A DNA stretch of 64,000 bases from Eledone cirrhosa (lineage: Eukaryota). Both the position numbers and the translations under genes were made by a program. Under the pieces are notes generated by a model that was not told where the DNA came from, searched no databases, and was given only the letters and a program-made list of their open reading frames with translations. The stretch covers positions 53,444,001 through 53,508,000 of the forward strand of contig OZ024743.1 of NCBI GenBank assembly GCA_964016885.1. The letters are read 5' to 3'. Shown here piece by piece: positions 11,607 to 23,319 of the stretch (positions are counted from its first letter, which is position 1; every line of letters begins with the position of its first letter).

Positions 11607-13442
11607 ATGGCGGAAAAGATGGCAGACATGTCTGCCATTAGCTCTGCCACGCCCCCCAAGTCTGAAGAACAAAAAATAATTACAACAAAATTAGACATTG
11701 AAACAAACAAACAAAATGAAAAAACAAATGTTAAGGAAAATGAGCAAACAGAAAACAAACAAACAGAAAATAATACAAATAACGACAGGGCAACTTTCGC
11801 CCAGAAAACAAAGCAATCCATTACATACACACCAATTGACCTAACTGCCGCCAGAGAAAAACTGGCCGAAGCAAAGAAACATATTGTTTTGGGGGAGAAC
11901 GGAATGTTTTCCATTAACTCCCCCCCAGAATTCAAGAAAGCCAGAGCAGAAAACACAGTTATATACAGAACTATACTAAACCAGTCAAGAAAGCCAGCAC
12001 AGCCCAGCCAAATGGAAATAGAGTTAGTCCTAAAAGACTATATGAAGAATATTCTCTTCATACGAAAGGACCGACTCTATGGCAGCATTTCGGTCCTAAC
12101 AAGAGACAAAGAAACGGCGGTTCAGCTTTCCCTAAGCCCACTCTCGTCGACAACATATAGCTTCTATCCCTCCTACATGGGTAGAAGAACACAGAGAATA
12201 AAAGTAAAAACAATGCTGCCCACAATGGACTTCTGGTGGGCTATTGCTGGCTTCATTGATATGGGCGAAGACACTATGCTGTCAATGGGGAAGGCAACTG
12301 GAGATGCGTTCCTGGGAATGGGCCTCGACATACTAGTCCAAATGAGGCCCGAAAGAATAGCACAAATCCCGGATCGCATCTGGCTGGATGACCTTACCCC
12401 AATAGACATAATTGTAGAGGGGAGAAGACCAGCATGCTATTTATGCATGGAAAGGGGACACGTTAAGGCTAACTGCCCGAAACGTATCCCCCAAAAAGGA
12501 CTATTGCCCACACCCACCACAAACAGTACACCAGCACCACCCACCTCCAAAAATACACTAATACCACACACAGCAAACAAAATACAGACACCACCAACCA
12601 CAAACACAACACAAACATCACCACCACCCGCACCAAACACAAGCACGACACAAAAATCACCACCACCAACCACAACACAAACATCACCACCACCATTACC
12701 AACCACAAGCACGACACAAACATTACCACCACCACCACCACAAAACCCATTCCAAACAAATAATAAAAAAAACAGTAACAAATCTACCCCTCCCGCAAAA
12801 AAAAAACAACCACACAACACGTCCCTCCCACCTAGCGCTGAAGAGTTTCCCCCAACTTCTGAAGAAGAAGGAGGAGAAGCCTTCAGACAAGTTAAAAGAA
12901 AAAAAAGAAAACACACACCCAGCACACCACAAATAACCCACACACAAACACCAACTCCAATCAAAAACACCCCACCCTCAACAAACAAAAATAAATCTGC
13001 GCCTCCCCTCTCCGAAACATTGACAGCATCACAAAAAAAGACGTTGCAATACACATATATAAATAAAGAAAACAAAAAACTGGTTAAATTAATAAACAAT
13101 AACCCTATGGTGCAGACCGAAGGGCCAAACTTTATCTCAACAGAGAACTTCACCCATTTAAAAATGATAAAGGTCCCTCTGGACCTTTATCGTTCCTTAA
13201 AAGAACAATTTAGACGGGACGTGAGCCCCCCCTGTTTAAAACCGTTGAATCGCGTCCTCTTGAAAGATTTCCCCATAACCGCCCCTCTCCCTGACACAAC
13301 TCCAAATACCCCAACCCCACCACACACGTGTACCCCCACACCACCACAAAACATCCCTCCACCCAACACACCTGATGCCATGGAAATTACGCAACCCGGA
13401 GAGGTAAGTGCTTTTCTTTCTTCACTTTCAACACCAAAATAG
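11607..13442 (+). CDS. ORF1 nucleic-acid-binding protein with a CCHC zinc knuckle and Pro/Thr-rich C-terminal half
   Basis: Open frame of ~611 codons from ATG 11607; CYLCMERGHVKANC = CX2CX4HX4C; basic motif RQVKRKKRK; lies just upstream of EN-RT. Confidence 0.88.
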   Translation: MAEKMADMSAISSATPPKSEEQKIITTKLDIETNKQNEKTNVKENEQTENKQTENNTNNDRATFAQKTKQSITYTPIDLTAAREKLAEAKKHIVLGENGMFSINSPPEFKKARAENTVIYRTILNQSRKPAQPSQMEIELVLKDYMKNILFIRKDRLYGSISVLTRDKETAVQLSLSPLSSTTYSFYPSYMGRRTQRIKVKTMLPTMDFWWAIAGFIDMGEDTMLSMGKATGDAFLGMGLDILVQMRPERIAQIPDRIWLDDLTPIDIIVEGRRPACYLCMERGHVKANCPKRIPQKGLLPTPTTNSTPAPPTSKNTLIPHTANKIQTPPTTNTTQTSPPPAPNTSTTQKSPPPTTTQTSPPPLPTTSTTQTLPPPPPQNPFQTNNKKNSNKSTPPAKKKQPHNTSLPPSAEEFPPTSEEEGGEAFRQVKRKKRKHTPSTPQITHTQTPTPIKNTPPSTNKNKSAPPLSETLTASQKKTLQYTYINKENKKLVKLINNNPMVQTEGPNFISTENFTHLKMIKVPLDLYRSLKEQFRRDVSPPCLKPLNRVLLKDFPITAPLPDTTPNTPTPPHTCTPTPPQNIPPPNTPDAMEITQPGEVSAFLSSLSTPK

Positions 13443-13447
13443 ATCAA

Positions 13448-16400
13448 TTGAGAGTTGGCTGTTTGAACGCGCGTGGCCTGAGCTCAGCTTGGAAGCAAGC
13501 AAAGCTTCTAAGTGACCTCAGGTCACAAAGTATAGATGTGATGGTTGTTTGCGAGAGTCGGATCAGCAGCGTGAGACAGCTGGCGCCCGCCTTCGATGAC
13601 TTTGAGATGCACGCATCTCTCTGTCAACCCGGAGGCGGGGGGGGGGGGGGGAGTTGCCGTACTGCTGGATAAACGTCTGACTCTCGACGTACAGATTGTT
13701 CACTCGGACCCGGGGGGTCGATTACTGGTGCTGGACGTCGGAGGTGGTGAAGGCGGGGCTTTCAGACTGGTCGGTCTTTATGCTCCCTTCGGGGCGGAGA
13801 GAGCCGACTTCTTCCAACGTCTGGAGACTTTTCTAGGAACGTCGCGTTCCCTGCTTTTAGTGGGGGACTGGAATGGAATCGTAGATGCGCGTTGGGACTA
13901 TGCAGGGGCATGTCCCGATAGAGGGGGGTGTAGCAGCCTCAAGGGGTTACTCGATCGATTCGACCTGGTCGATAGATTTCGACTAGATTGTCCAACTGCG
14001 CCAACCTGGACCTGGGCAAACCGCAGTGGACAATCTAGATCGTACCTAGATAGGTTTTTGGTTAGGAGTAAGGATAGGGACGTATTTAGTTGTCCAGAAC
14101 TGATCATGGTTGGCTATTCAGATCACAAATTAGTGACCTGCGTGGTCAACCTTGATAGAACGCATAGACAGGGTCCCGGTTACTGGAAGATGAACTTGTC
14201 CTTACCGACAAAGAAAGATTACAGAAACCGGATTAGTAGCTTAGTTAAGATGCGGTTGACGGGAGCGATCGTCAACAGTAGGTGGTGGATATCTCTAAAG
14301 AGAGAGATTAGAGTAAGTTCGATAGGTTACAGTAAGGAACTAGCGGCGAATAGAAATAGGAGGGAAAGGGAGTTAACAGATAAACTAGAAGAGGCGATTA
14401 GGAGCGGAGACGTAGCCAGAGTGTTAGCGACGAGAACGGCATTGAGCCAGTTCTTTGACGCGAAGCACGAAGGCTGCGTTGTCCGAAGTAAAATACGTGC
14501 TTTAGGAAACGAGGGGACCAAAGCTGTTAGCTGGGCCCGCGTGACAGAAGCCAAGAGTGGGATTAAATCCACCATTCGGTCTTTGCGAGACCAGGATGGA
14601 CGGGTGATCCTTGAACCTGAGCGAATGTGCGAGACCTTTCAAAGGCACTTTGCTCGACTGTTCGGAGGTGGCGGGGGGCCGGACGGGGATGTGGACTTCG
14701 GTCCATACCTCGACGGTCTACCGCGTCTTTCGAGCGGCGAAGCGGAGTGCTGCGAAGGGCCAATCACAGCCACTGAAATCGGGGAAGCGCTCAGCCAATG
14801 CAGCAGACGCAAATCCCCGGGTCTCGATGGTCTACCATACGAACTTTATTTAGCTATGCCGGTCTTGTTCTCCGAACTCCTCGAGGCTGTCTATTGCAAC
14901 TGGCAACAGAACGGGAGAATTCCCTGTTCTGTGACCAAGGGCGTGGTCACGCTAGTGAGGAAGGACGAGAGCAAGGGGGACGACTTAAGTAACTTTAGGC
15001 CCATAACTCTGCTGAATGCAGAGTTACAGATTTTGGCCAAGGTGTTGGCGAAGAGGTTGGCGCTTGTGGTGGGTGGTTTGGTGGGAGACGCGCAGACATG
15101 CGCTATCCCGTCCAGGTCCATTCACGACAACCTCCACCTCATGCGATACATCATAGAGAGGGTTGGCTACGAACCCGGCTTTGGTGGGGCCCTGATCAAC
15201 TTGGATCAATCTAAGGCGTTCGATAGGGTCGACCATGGTTACCTGGATGCGGTGCTAGCGGCGGCGGGCTTCGGACCCGTTTTCAGGGGCTGGATTTCTG
15301 CCATGCACAGTGGCAACATCTACTCTAGGATTAAAGTAAACGGCTACCTCTCGGAGCCGTTTCAAATCACCCGATCCATCAGACAGGGGTGCCCCCTCTC
15401 CTCCCTTCTGTACGTATTGACTCTCGAGCCACTGCTGCGGAAGTTGGAGTTGCTGCGGGGCATACCCCTGGAACCGGGATTGCACAAAGCGGTCTCGGCC
15501 TATGCCGACGACGTAACAGTAATGGTGGCGGACGCCTCGGAAATCGGGGCGATCGCCACCCTACTGGAGGAATACGAAAGGCTGACGGGGGCTAAGCTGA
15601 ACCAGGACAAGTCAGTCGGTTTGCAACTCGGAACGTGGAGGGGCAAACCGATGCCGTTAGACGGTGTCGTCGGGCGGTGGACGGAGGGCCCGGTGAAGCT
15701 GCTCGGGGTCTGGTTCGGACCGGACCTCCAGGTGGAGAAGAATTGGGGCGAGGTGACGAGCAGGGTGTTTGCGCTGACCCAGAAGTGGGCCAAGTGCAAA
15801 CTATCACTGAAAGGTCGGACGGAGGTGACGAACGCTTACATAGCGTCCGTCATCTACTACCGCCTGACCGTCGTGCCTTGCCCCAAGGAAAAGCTCACCA
15901 TCATGGAACGCATGCTCTTCCAGTTCCTCTGGAAGAAGCGGCCTCCCATGGTGAGGAGATCCATCTGCTGCCAGCACCCTTCGAAAGGAGGGCTGGGTAT
16001 GCCGTGGCTGTTGATGCGTAGGCACGCATTGAGGCTACGGCATCTACAGGTATTCCTCAACGGTCAGCCGGTGTGGGCCCCGTTTGTGAGGCGAGCCTTC
16101 CCACAGCTCGTCTCGCTCACCGAACTGCAATCCTGGGTGAAGCAAAGACCGAGAAAACTGGGCAACTGGCACACTGAGTGTGCCCAGGCGCTCACGGCTA
16201 TCTGGCAAGCGGACCCGACTATCAGTGGAGAATCCACCTCGACATTCTATAGAGGGTTGGTGGCTAGCAGGGGCGACGACACCCTTGGAGAGTCGCTAGG
16301 CATGGAGGAGGACGAACTGGCCAGCCTGTTCGGTAGAACTTTCGGCCCGGGACCCATGGACAACTTCCAGAGGTCCCTAGCCTGGCAGTGTTACCGGGGG

Positions 16401-16883
16401 GCTCTGCCCGTTCGAGAAAAGCTCTACAGACACGGGCGCCCGGGCAGGGATCCCGCGAAAAAGATCTGTCCCAGATGCGTGCGCGACGAGGAAACCGTTG
16501 CGCATGCACTGGTACACTGCCCGGGCGTTGCCGATCTGTGGGGCTACGTCGAACGACTGCTGTCGCGTGTGGCGCCGATTCGATTAACCGCCGAGTCTGT
16601 GGTGAACATCAAGCCGCCTCCTCCCTTCAGAAATGAAGCAGAGGCGGTCTTTCTGTGCGTAATAGCCATGATGAAAGAGGTTGTGTGGTGGACGCGCCTG
16701 AAAGGTCTGAGGTCGGGTGACTTTCTCTCCGGCCATCACCTGGTTTACTTCTTCCGATACCACTTCGGAAGAAGAATCAGGATGGAGAGAGAAGTGCTTG
16801 GTCCCAGACAGTTTTATGAAAGGTGGGTGAAAGAAGCGAGAATGGCCCGTGTAAATGGGCCTTCTCTCTACATTGTTCTGTAG
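13448..16883 (+). CDS. ORF2: APE endonuclease + reverse transcriptase + C-terminal cysteine-rich domain; one frameshift in a G15 run and no ATG start
   Basis: EN motifs CLNARGL, CES, LYAP, VGDWN, SYLDRF, YSDH; L1/Tx1 linker GPGYWKMN; RT motifs KSPGLDG, FRPITLLN, LDQSKAFD, IRQGCPLS, YADD; GGLG motif; CPRC..ETVAHALVHC. ORFs 13448-13672 and 13596-16883 join at G run 13637-13651. Confidence 0.92.
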
Positions 16884-17518
16884 GTGAAGAAGTGAAGAGG
16901 AAAGGGGGAGCGCCTCCTCTCTGGGCTTCCCCCGCGAAAAGAGTTGCACACTTTTCGGGGGTATGTGCAATCCCCAACACGCCCCCTCCCTTTTGAGGAC
17001 TTTTTATTGTTATATTATTATTGTTATTCCTTTTTTCTTTACTCGATTTATGTAAACTCCCCCACTGTGTAAATGTCCCCTTCTTTTGTGCCCTCGTGGC
17101 AAATAAATAGAAATTTATCTATCTATCTATCTATCTACCTACCTACCTACCTACCTACCTATCTCTCTTTCTCTCTCTCTCCTCCCACTCTCTCTGTATA
17201 TATATATATATATCTACCTGCCCCACAAACGTAGCCTTGTTATGGTTTTGTGAATAAACTGGATTTAATTTATTCCGTCTGTAAAACAATGGGTTATGTA
17301 CTAGTAAATATATTTTAAATACAGACAAAGTTTGACGGGGTAAACGTTTCATCTCACTAACGAACGGCCTCAGGTTACTCCACTCAATGTGAAGTCATCA
17401 CTGCTTAAAACGGATTGGTATTAGACTATTAATCTTTATCCTTCATTACTGGTCTGGTCAACATACACTGCGGCGTTCATCGCATTATCTGTTTCAAACA
17501 TTGAAGAGGTAAAGTTAA

Positions 17519-17948
17519 CCCTTCCATTACTATATTATTAATGAAAGACACGCCCTGTGACATTCAAATCATTTTTTTAAATAATCAAGAATTTGTAGGG
17601 ATTCAACAATATAACTAACTTACCTTTGAAACATTTCTTAAGAAAAGCTCATATATTAAACTATGATGGAAGGTTTTTAAATAAATGTAAACACTTTAAC
17701 CTGTTATTACTATATTTCTTATGAAAGATACTACGTATAATTTTCGAATAATTTTAAAAATAATCAACATTTTGTTGGGATTTAGTAACATAACCAGATT
17801 TCTCATTATTAAGCTGGTGTTATTAATATAACAACAAAGGTCTGTTTATAAAAGTATGATGGAAGGTTTATTAGATAAATGTAAATCTTTAAAATAAACA
17901 GCTTAAGTAGAACAAAGGCTTGTTTCAGGCGGTTTTGTATCGAAAGGG
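17519..17948. mobile_element. piggyBac-type (TTAA) non-autonomous MITE with an internal ~180-bp tandem duplication
   Basis: TTAA-CCCTT...AAGGG-TTAA termini; internal units start ~17519 and ~17696; partial relative at ~45332-45551. Confidence 0.7.
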
Positions 17949-18399
17949 TTAACTCAGAAACTAGATGATAGTCAAGGTTTACAACACCTGACATGTAGAT
18001 TGCCTCATTAGTTTGAAGTAATGCACTTGATTAAGGCAGCAGCTTGGCAGAGTCGTTTGAACGTCGGATAGAATACTTTAGAATATTTGTTCACTCTCTC
18101 TCTCTCCCTCTCCTTTTCTCTCTCCCTCCCGCTTTCTCTCTCTCCCTCTCGCTTTCTCTCTCCTCCCTCTCGCTTTCTCTCGAAGACATCGATTGTGTTC
18201 AGCCCCTATGACTACATAAGGAGTTAACAGTCCATGCCCTTAGTTAGTATCGTATTAATCAGAAGAATTTGATTAAACCATCCATAAGAGTATCTAGCCG
18301 ATGAAGAGGCCTCTACATCATAACCAGAGATGTTAGAAATAGCAGCCAAATCTGTCTCAAATTACACCCTACCAGACGCATTGAATAATATTGGAAGTA

Positions 18400-19377
18400 G
18401 ATACATGCTGGTTATGTTGTATGGATCATGATCGTAAGGTAGTGAGTTCGATTCCAGGACCAGGCAGTTTGTATCCTTGGGCAAGGCACTTTATTTCACG
18501 TTTCTCCCATTAACACGGCTAGAAAAAAATGAGTAGCGACGACACTAGTTCCAAGCTGCATACATAGTATGTATATATAAGTTGGATGACATTGGTGCCA
18601 AGCTACTTACAGAGTATGTATATAGTGTATATATAAGTTGGATGACATTGGTGCCAAGCTACTTACAGAGTATGTATATAGTGTATATATAAGTTGGATG
18701 ACATTGGTGCCAAGCTACTTACAGAGTATGTATATAGTGTATATATAAGTTGGATGACATTGGTGCCAAGCTACTTACAGAGTATGTATATAGTGTATAT
18801 ATAAGTTGGATGACATTGGTGCCAAGCTACTTACAGAGTATGTATATAGTGTATATATAAGTTGGATGACATTGGTGCCAAGCTACTTACAGAGTATGTA
18901 TATAGTGTATATATAAGTTGGATGACATTGGTGCCAAGCTACTTACAGAGTATGTATATAGTGTATATATAAGTTGGATGACATTGGTACCAAGCTACTT
19001 ACAGAGTATGTATATAGTGTATATATGAGTTGGGTGTCCTTAGTACCAAGCTTCTTACAGAGTATGTATATAGTATATATAAGTTGGACGACATTGGTGC
19101 CAAGCTACTTACAGTGTATGTATATAGTATATATAAGTTGGGTGTCATTAGTACCAAGCTTCTTACAGAGTATGTATATAGTGTATATATGAGTTGGATA
19201 ACACTGGTACCAAGCTTCTTCGGCATTTGTCGTTTCCGTAGACAACATCGGTAACGAGGAGAAATAACACTGGCATGCATGGCTGATTGCTGTTCTTTCA
19301 CAAAACAGCTTGCCCTTGGAGAGGAACTTTCCAGGTGTAAACCCATGGTCAGTCAGGAGAGAAAGAAGGTTTATTTG
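18400..19377 (+). mobile_element. tRNA-derived SINE interrupted by a minisatellite
   Basis: 5' part (gagttcgattcc...ccttgggcaaggcactttatttcacg) to ~18560 and 3' part 19200-19377 align collinearly with the uninterrupted copy at 37070-37390. Confidence 0.75.
18562..19218. repeat. 56-bp minisatellite, ~11.5 units
   Basis: Unit agttggatgacattggtgccaagctacttacagagtatgtatatagtgtatatata; period 56 (18581, 18637, ...). Confidence 0.97.
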
Positions 19378-19632
19378 TCTGAAGAAAGACAAAATACTCA
19401 CGGCTAGATCAGTGATCATTCTTTCCTTCTTTGGGTTCTCAATTTTTGTTAACCCAGTCGTAGGAGCATTATCGTATTACATGGTGTATATACTTGGGTA
19501 TCGAAACATGGTGAAACCCACATTCTCCAGGTCAGAACATATGTGGTATCTTCCAGAGAGAGAGAGAGAGATAGATAGAGAGAGCGAGAGAGAGAGAGAG
19601 AGCGAGAGAGAGAGAGAGCGAGAGAGAGAGAG

Positions 19633-19684
<52 letters not shown>

Positions 19685-19687
19685 GAC

Positions 19688-19830
19688 TCTAGTACTGGAT
19701 TGGTATTCTATTTATCTATTTCGAATGGATTAAAAGGCAAACTTGACCTCGATAGCATTTCAGGGCTCAGAGAGCCAGAATAAATACCACAACACATCCT
19801 TTTCGACGCTCTAACTACTCTGCCAATTCC
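19688..19830 (-). mobile_element. SINE, second family
   Basis: aaaggcaaacttgacctc...cgacgctctaactactctgccaatt matches 47783-47972. Confidence 0.7.
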
Positions 19831-20008
19831 ACAGTGAAACCTAAAAAAAAACCTTGGATTAAACAACAACAACAACAACAACAACAACGACGACGACGAC
19901 GACGACGGCAGCGGCGGCGGCGACGGCAGCGACGGAAAAGATTTATACCAAAGTAAAAAAATCTATTCAAAATCTTATATAAATATGCAATCTGTCTTAC
20001 TGCATATA

Positions 20009-20072
<64 letters not shown>

Positions 20073-20074
20073 GG

Positions 20075-22915
20075 AGGTGAGTTTTATTGTAGTACAATAA
20101 AGCATCTTAGAGTTCAACAATGAATATTGGACCAGAGCTGATACCTCTAACAACTTTGACATTACAATGGGTGCATCCGATTCATCCCAATTGACAGATT
20201 TATTTGGTATCTTTATTTTCCACTTTGAATCGGAAAATTCCTCAACTTCGCGGTGGAATTTATCGGGACGATGGACTTTTTACTATCTTAAATTGCAACA
20301 TAGTTAACCTTAATATTATTAAGAACAATATACGTGATCTCTTTAACCAACATAACTTAAAAATTGAATTTGATAACAACATCAAACTAGCTAACTTCTT
20401 GGATATATCTCTTAATCTTGACACTTGCTTTAAAAACAATGAGAATCTAAATTATGTTAATTTAAAATCTAACCATCCCACTAACATTAAAAATGCTATA
20501 GTTAGTAATATTGGAAAAAGAATATCCAACCTATCATCTAATAAAAACATCTTTGATGCTAACGCCAATTACTATAATAACGCGCTTTCTAAAGCCGGTT
20601 ATCCTGATAAAATCAAATACAGTAAAGAAACCAATCCTAGAAGATCTTACAGTAAAATAATTAATCATGATCATTCCAATAACTTTAATAAAAGACCTAG
20701 ATACAAAAATATAATCTGGTATAATGCCCCTTTCTCCATCTCTATTAATAATAATATTCCTAAATTATTCTTTAGTGCTTCCCTCCCTCACATATCTATA
20801 GTAAAATATTTAACAAACACGCTATAACATTTTCCTATTCGACCTCCTCCAACATCTCCAACATTATCTCTAAACACAACAATAAAATACTAAATACTAA
20901 ATCTCTTCCTTCCAACACTGAATATCATAATAATAGTAATAGTACTCCCGATGTCATTGTTAACTCTAGGCTAATTTCTGCAAACCCAAATACGACGTCA
21001 AACACAACTTCGCTAAATGTTCTTAATCCCAATCTAAATCAAGAAACTATTATTCCTATCGTAAATAACTTCTCCAATCCAATTCCTCCTATAGATAACA
21101 CTAGGGAACTTGTTAATAACTCTGTTAATTTCTCTAATCGCAATTGTAATTGCCCTGTTAAAAATAAATGTCCTCTCAACAACCATTGTCTTGAAAAAAA
21201 CTTAATCTATGAATGTAATGTTATAACTGACACCAATTCCTTTACCTATTTTGGCTCCACTTCCACCTCCTTTAAAGCTCGTCTTTATAATCATCATTCG
21301 TCTTTTAAATACCAACTTAAAAGAACCAACACGGCACTCTCAGAACTCATATGGTCCTTGAAAGACAAAAATATTAACTATAACATCTCTTGGAGGAAAC
21401 TTTGTTCTGCCTGTCCATACTTGAATGCCTCTCTATCCAAAACATGTAATCTCTGTTTATGTGAGAAATTTACGATTATATCTAATTTAGATTCTATAAT
21501 AAATAGACGCACTGACTTATTTTCTCTCTGCTTGCATAAATTCCACAGAACATTCCATAAAGTATACAGCTAATATCTAATACTTTACCAATTTAAAATC
21601 CTTTTTCTCAAAGGCATATATATATATATATTTCTTTAAAAATATACCCATCTTTCTACCTTATTTCAATGTTATTTATTATACATTATATAATACTAGT
21701 TACTCATTCTATATCATTCCTATTTATCACTTCCCTTTCTTCCTTTTTTCCTTTTTTCTTTTAATTTCTAACCTCTAATCTGTACCTTTTCTTCCTAGAT
21801 ACTTCTCAATTCTCATTATTACTCACCACAATATATCCACTCTTCCTTCTTCCATCCTATCACTGGCCATAAAACTTACTATTACCCTTTTAAATACTTT
21901 ATAGTATCACCTTTAAAAATCCTTCGTAAACATAAACATTTTTTTTTACGTTAGATTATTCCTCCTCAATTCATTATTATTTTCTCCCTTTCATGCTCGT
22001 CTAACTTTTACATATTACACATCACAATACATAAAAACAAACTTAAACCCTAACTAATCTCCTTTATTACATTATATTATTACCATTAGGAAATACTTCA
22101 TAAACATACATATTTTGATGTTAAGGTCTTCTCCTTAAACACTATCTCCTTCTTTGCTTTCTGCGCTCATTTGTAAACAAACTATTTACATATATTACAC
22201 ATACATATTATATTACATAAAAACAAACTTAAACACTAACTAATTCCTCTAAATTCATAATTCATCCACTCTTCTACTTCTTTTCACATTATATCCTTAA
22301 TAACATTACTATTTTTATTTTAATAATACATATCAACAATTTCTTTCCATCGCACAAATTATTAAACCCTTCAATATTCAAACCTTAATTTAATATTATT
22401 CTTAATACATATTAACAATTTCTTTTCATCGCACATATTATTAAACCCTTCAATATACAAACCTTAATTTAACATTATTCTTAATTTTTTCTCTTCGTTA
22501 ATTTTCAAATTCTTTTAATTTATATATTATCTTCCAACGGTTTTTTAACCTCTCTCTGTAAAACAATATATTTTTCTCAGTTATAAAAGCTATCGCTCTC
22601 TCTCTCTATCACCCATCTCTCCTCCTATCTCATCCTTCCTTATTATACTCCTCCCCCTCCATTCTTTACTCTCATCTCCTCCTCTTTTTCATCCTTTCCA
22701 CACCCCCCTCATTTTTTTTCCCAATATCACACATCAATCTTAAACTACTTTTCATATGTTGATTTAAAACTGCACTATTCACAAGTGTTTTTTAACCTTC
22801 ATATCATGTCTCCCTATTTTATCTGACGAAAACGCAAATGTCATCGCATGATGATATTTGTTTTTGAAATGCGCATAATAAAATACATGGAACTCTTTTA
22901 ACCATCTTTTGATCT
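20075..22915 (+). mobile_element. 5'-truncated Penelope-like element (Neptune-like): RT C-terminal half + GIY-YIG endonuclease with frameshifts, long AT-rich 3' UTR and terminal hammerhead
   Basis: FDITMGASDS, GGIYRDDG, NFLDISL, SNHP, IIWYNAPFS; CNCPVKNKCPLNNHC-LIYEC...YFGSTSTSFKARLYNH; CNLCLCEK; (TA)n on both flanks. Confidence 0.9.
22815..22885 (+). ncRNA. Type I hammerhead ribozyme at the PLE terminus
   Basis: Stem I tattttat/ataaaata; CTGACGA 22823-22829; long stem II (caaatgtcatc/gatgatatttg); GAAA 22866-22869; palindromic tgcgca; predicted cleavage after AUA at 22877. Confidence 0.8.
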
Positions 22916-23319
22916 TATATTATATATATATATAAACATGTATTTATGATATACATGTAAATATATATATACATGTAAATATATATATATATACATGTAT
23001 ATATGACTTTTCCTGCCACAGACAGAGCACGCTTAAATATGGAATGATACGCGATGGGGCCCCTCCACAGCCCCGGCGGACAGAATGGAGAAGGCGTTTC
23101 CCCGGAGGACGGCAAGGGAGAAAATATGCAATTATATCACGAAAGAGTTATTTTTGCCGTTCAAAAATTGTTGACGTCACTTTAAATGTATCACTTATTT
23201 CTTGGTGTCAAAATATTCGTCGCATTGTTTACGAGCTGGTCATTGTCATAATTATAGAAATACATTTTAAATTATTTCTGAAATAATTCAGTACTAAACA
23301 CATGTGGCTATTGTAATAA

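Larger units (their letters stand above)
11405..17116 (+). mobile_element. Full-length (~5.7 kb) Tx1-clade (L1-group) non-LTR retrotransposon bounded by (ATCT)n on both sides
   Basis: ~200-bp 5' UTR, ORF1, ORF2 (APE-RT-zinc finger) and 3' UTR with AATAAA; ATCT tracts at 11357-11404 and 17117-17164. Confidence 0.93.

Noticed and set aside
12437-13153. 238-aa antisense ORF and other ORFs overlapping the LINEs
   Set aside because: Shadow frames of the C/A-rich ORF1 or GC-rich ORF2
13401-13442. GAG|GTAAGT donor, pyrimidine tract and TAG acceptor at the ORF1/ORF2 junction as a fusion intron
   Set aside because: Only 39 nt, and splicing keeps the ORF1 frame and hits TGA three codons later, so there is no ORF1-ORF2 fusion; use of the donor with a distant acceptor cannot be judged
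18562-19218. CRISPR-like regular repeat arrays (also 8650-9010, 51245-51618)
   Set aside because: No unique spacers, no cas genes, eukaryotic context; plain tandem repeats
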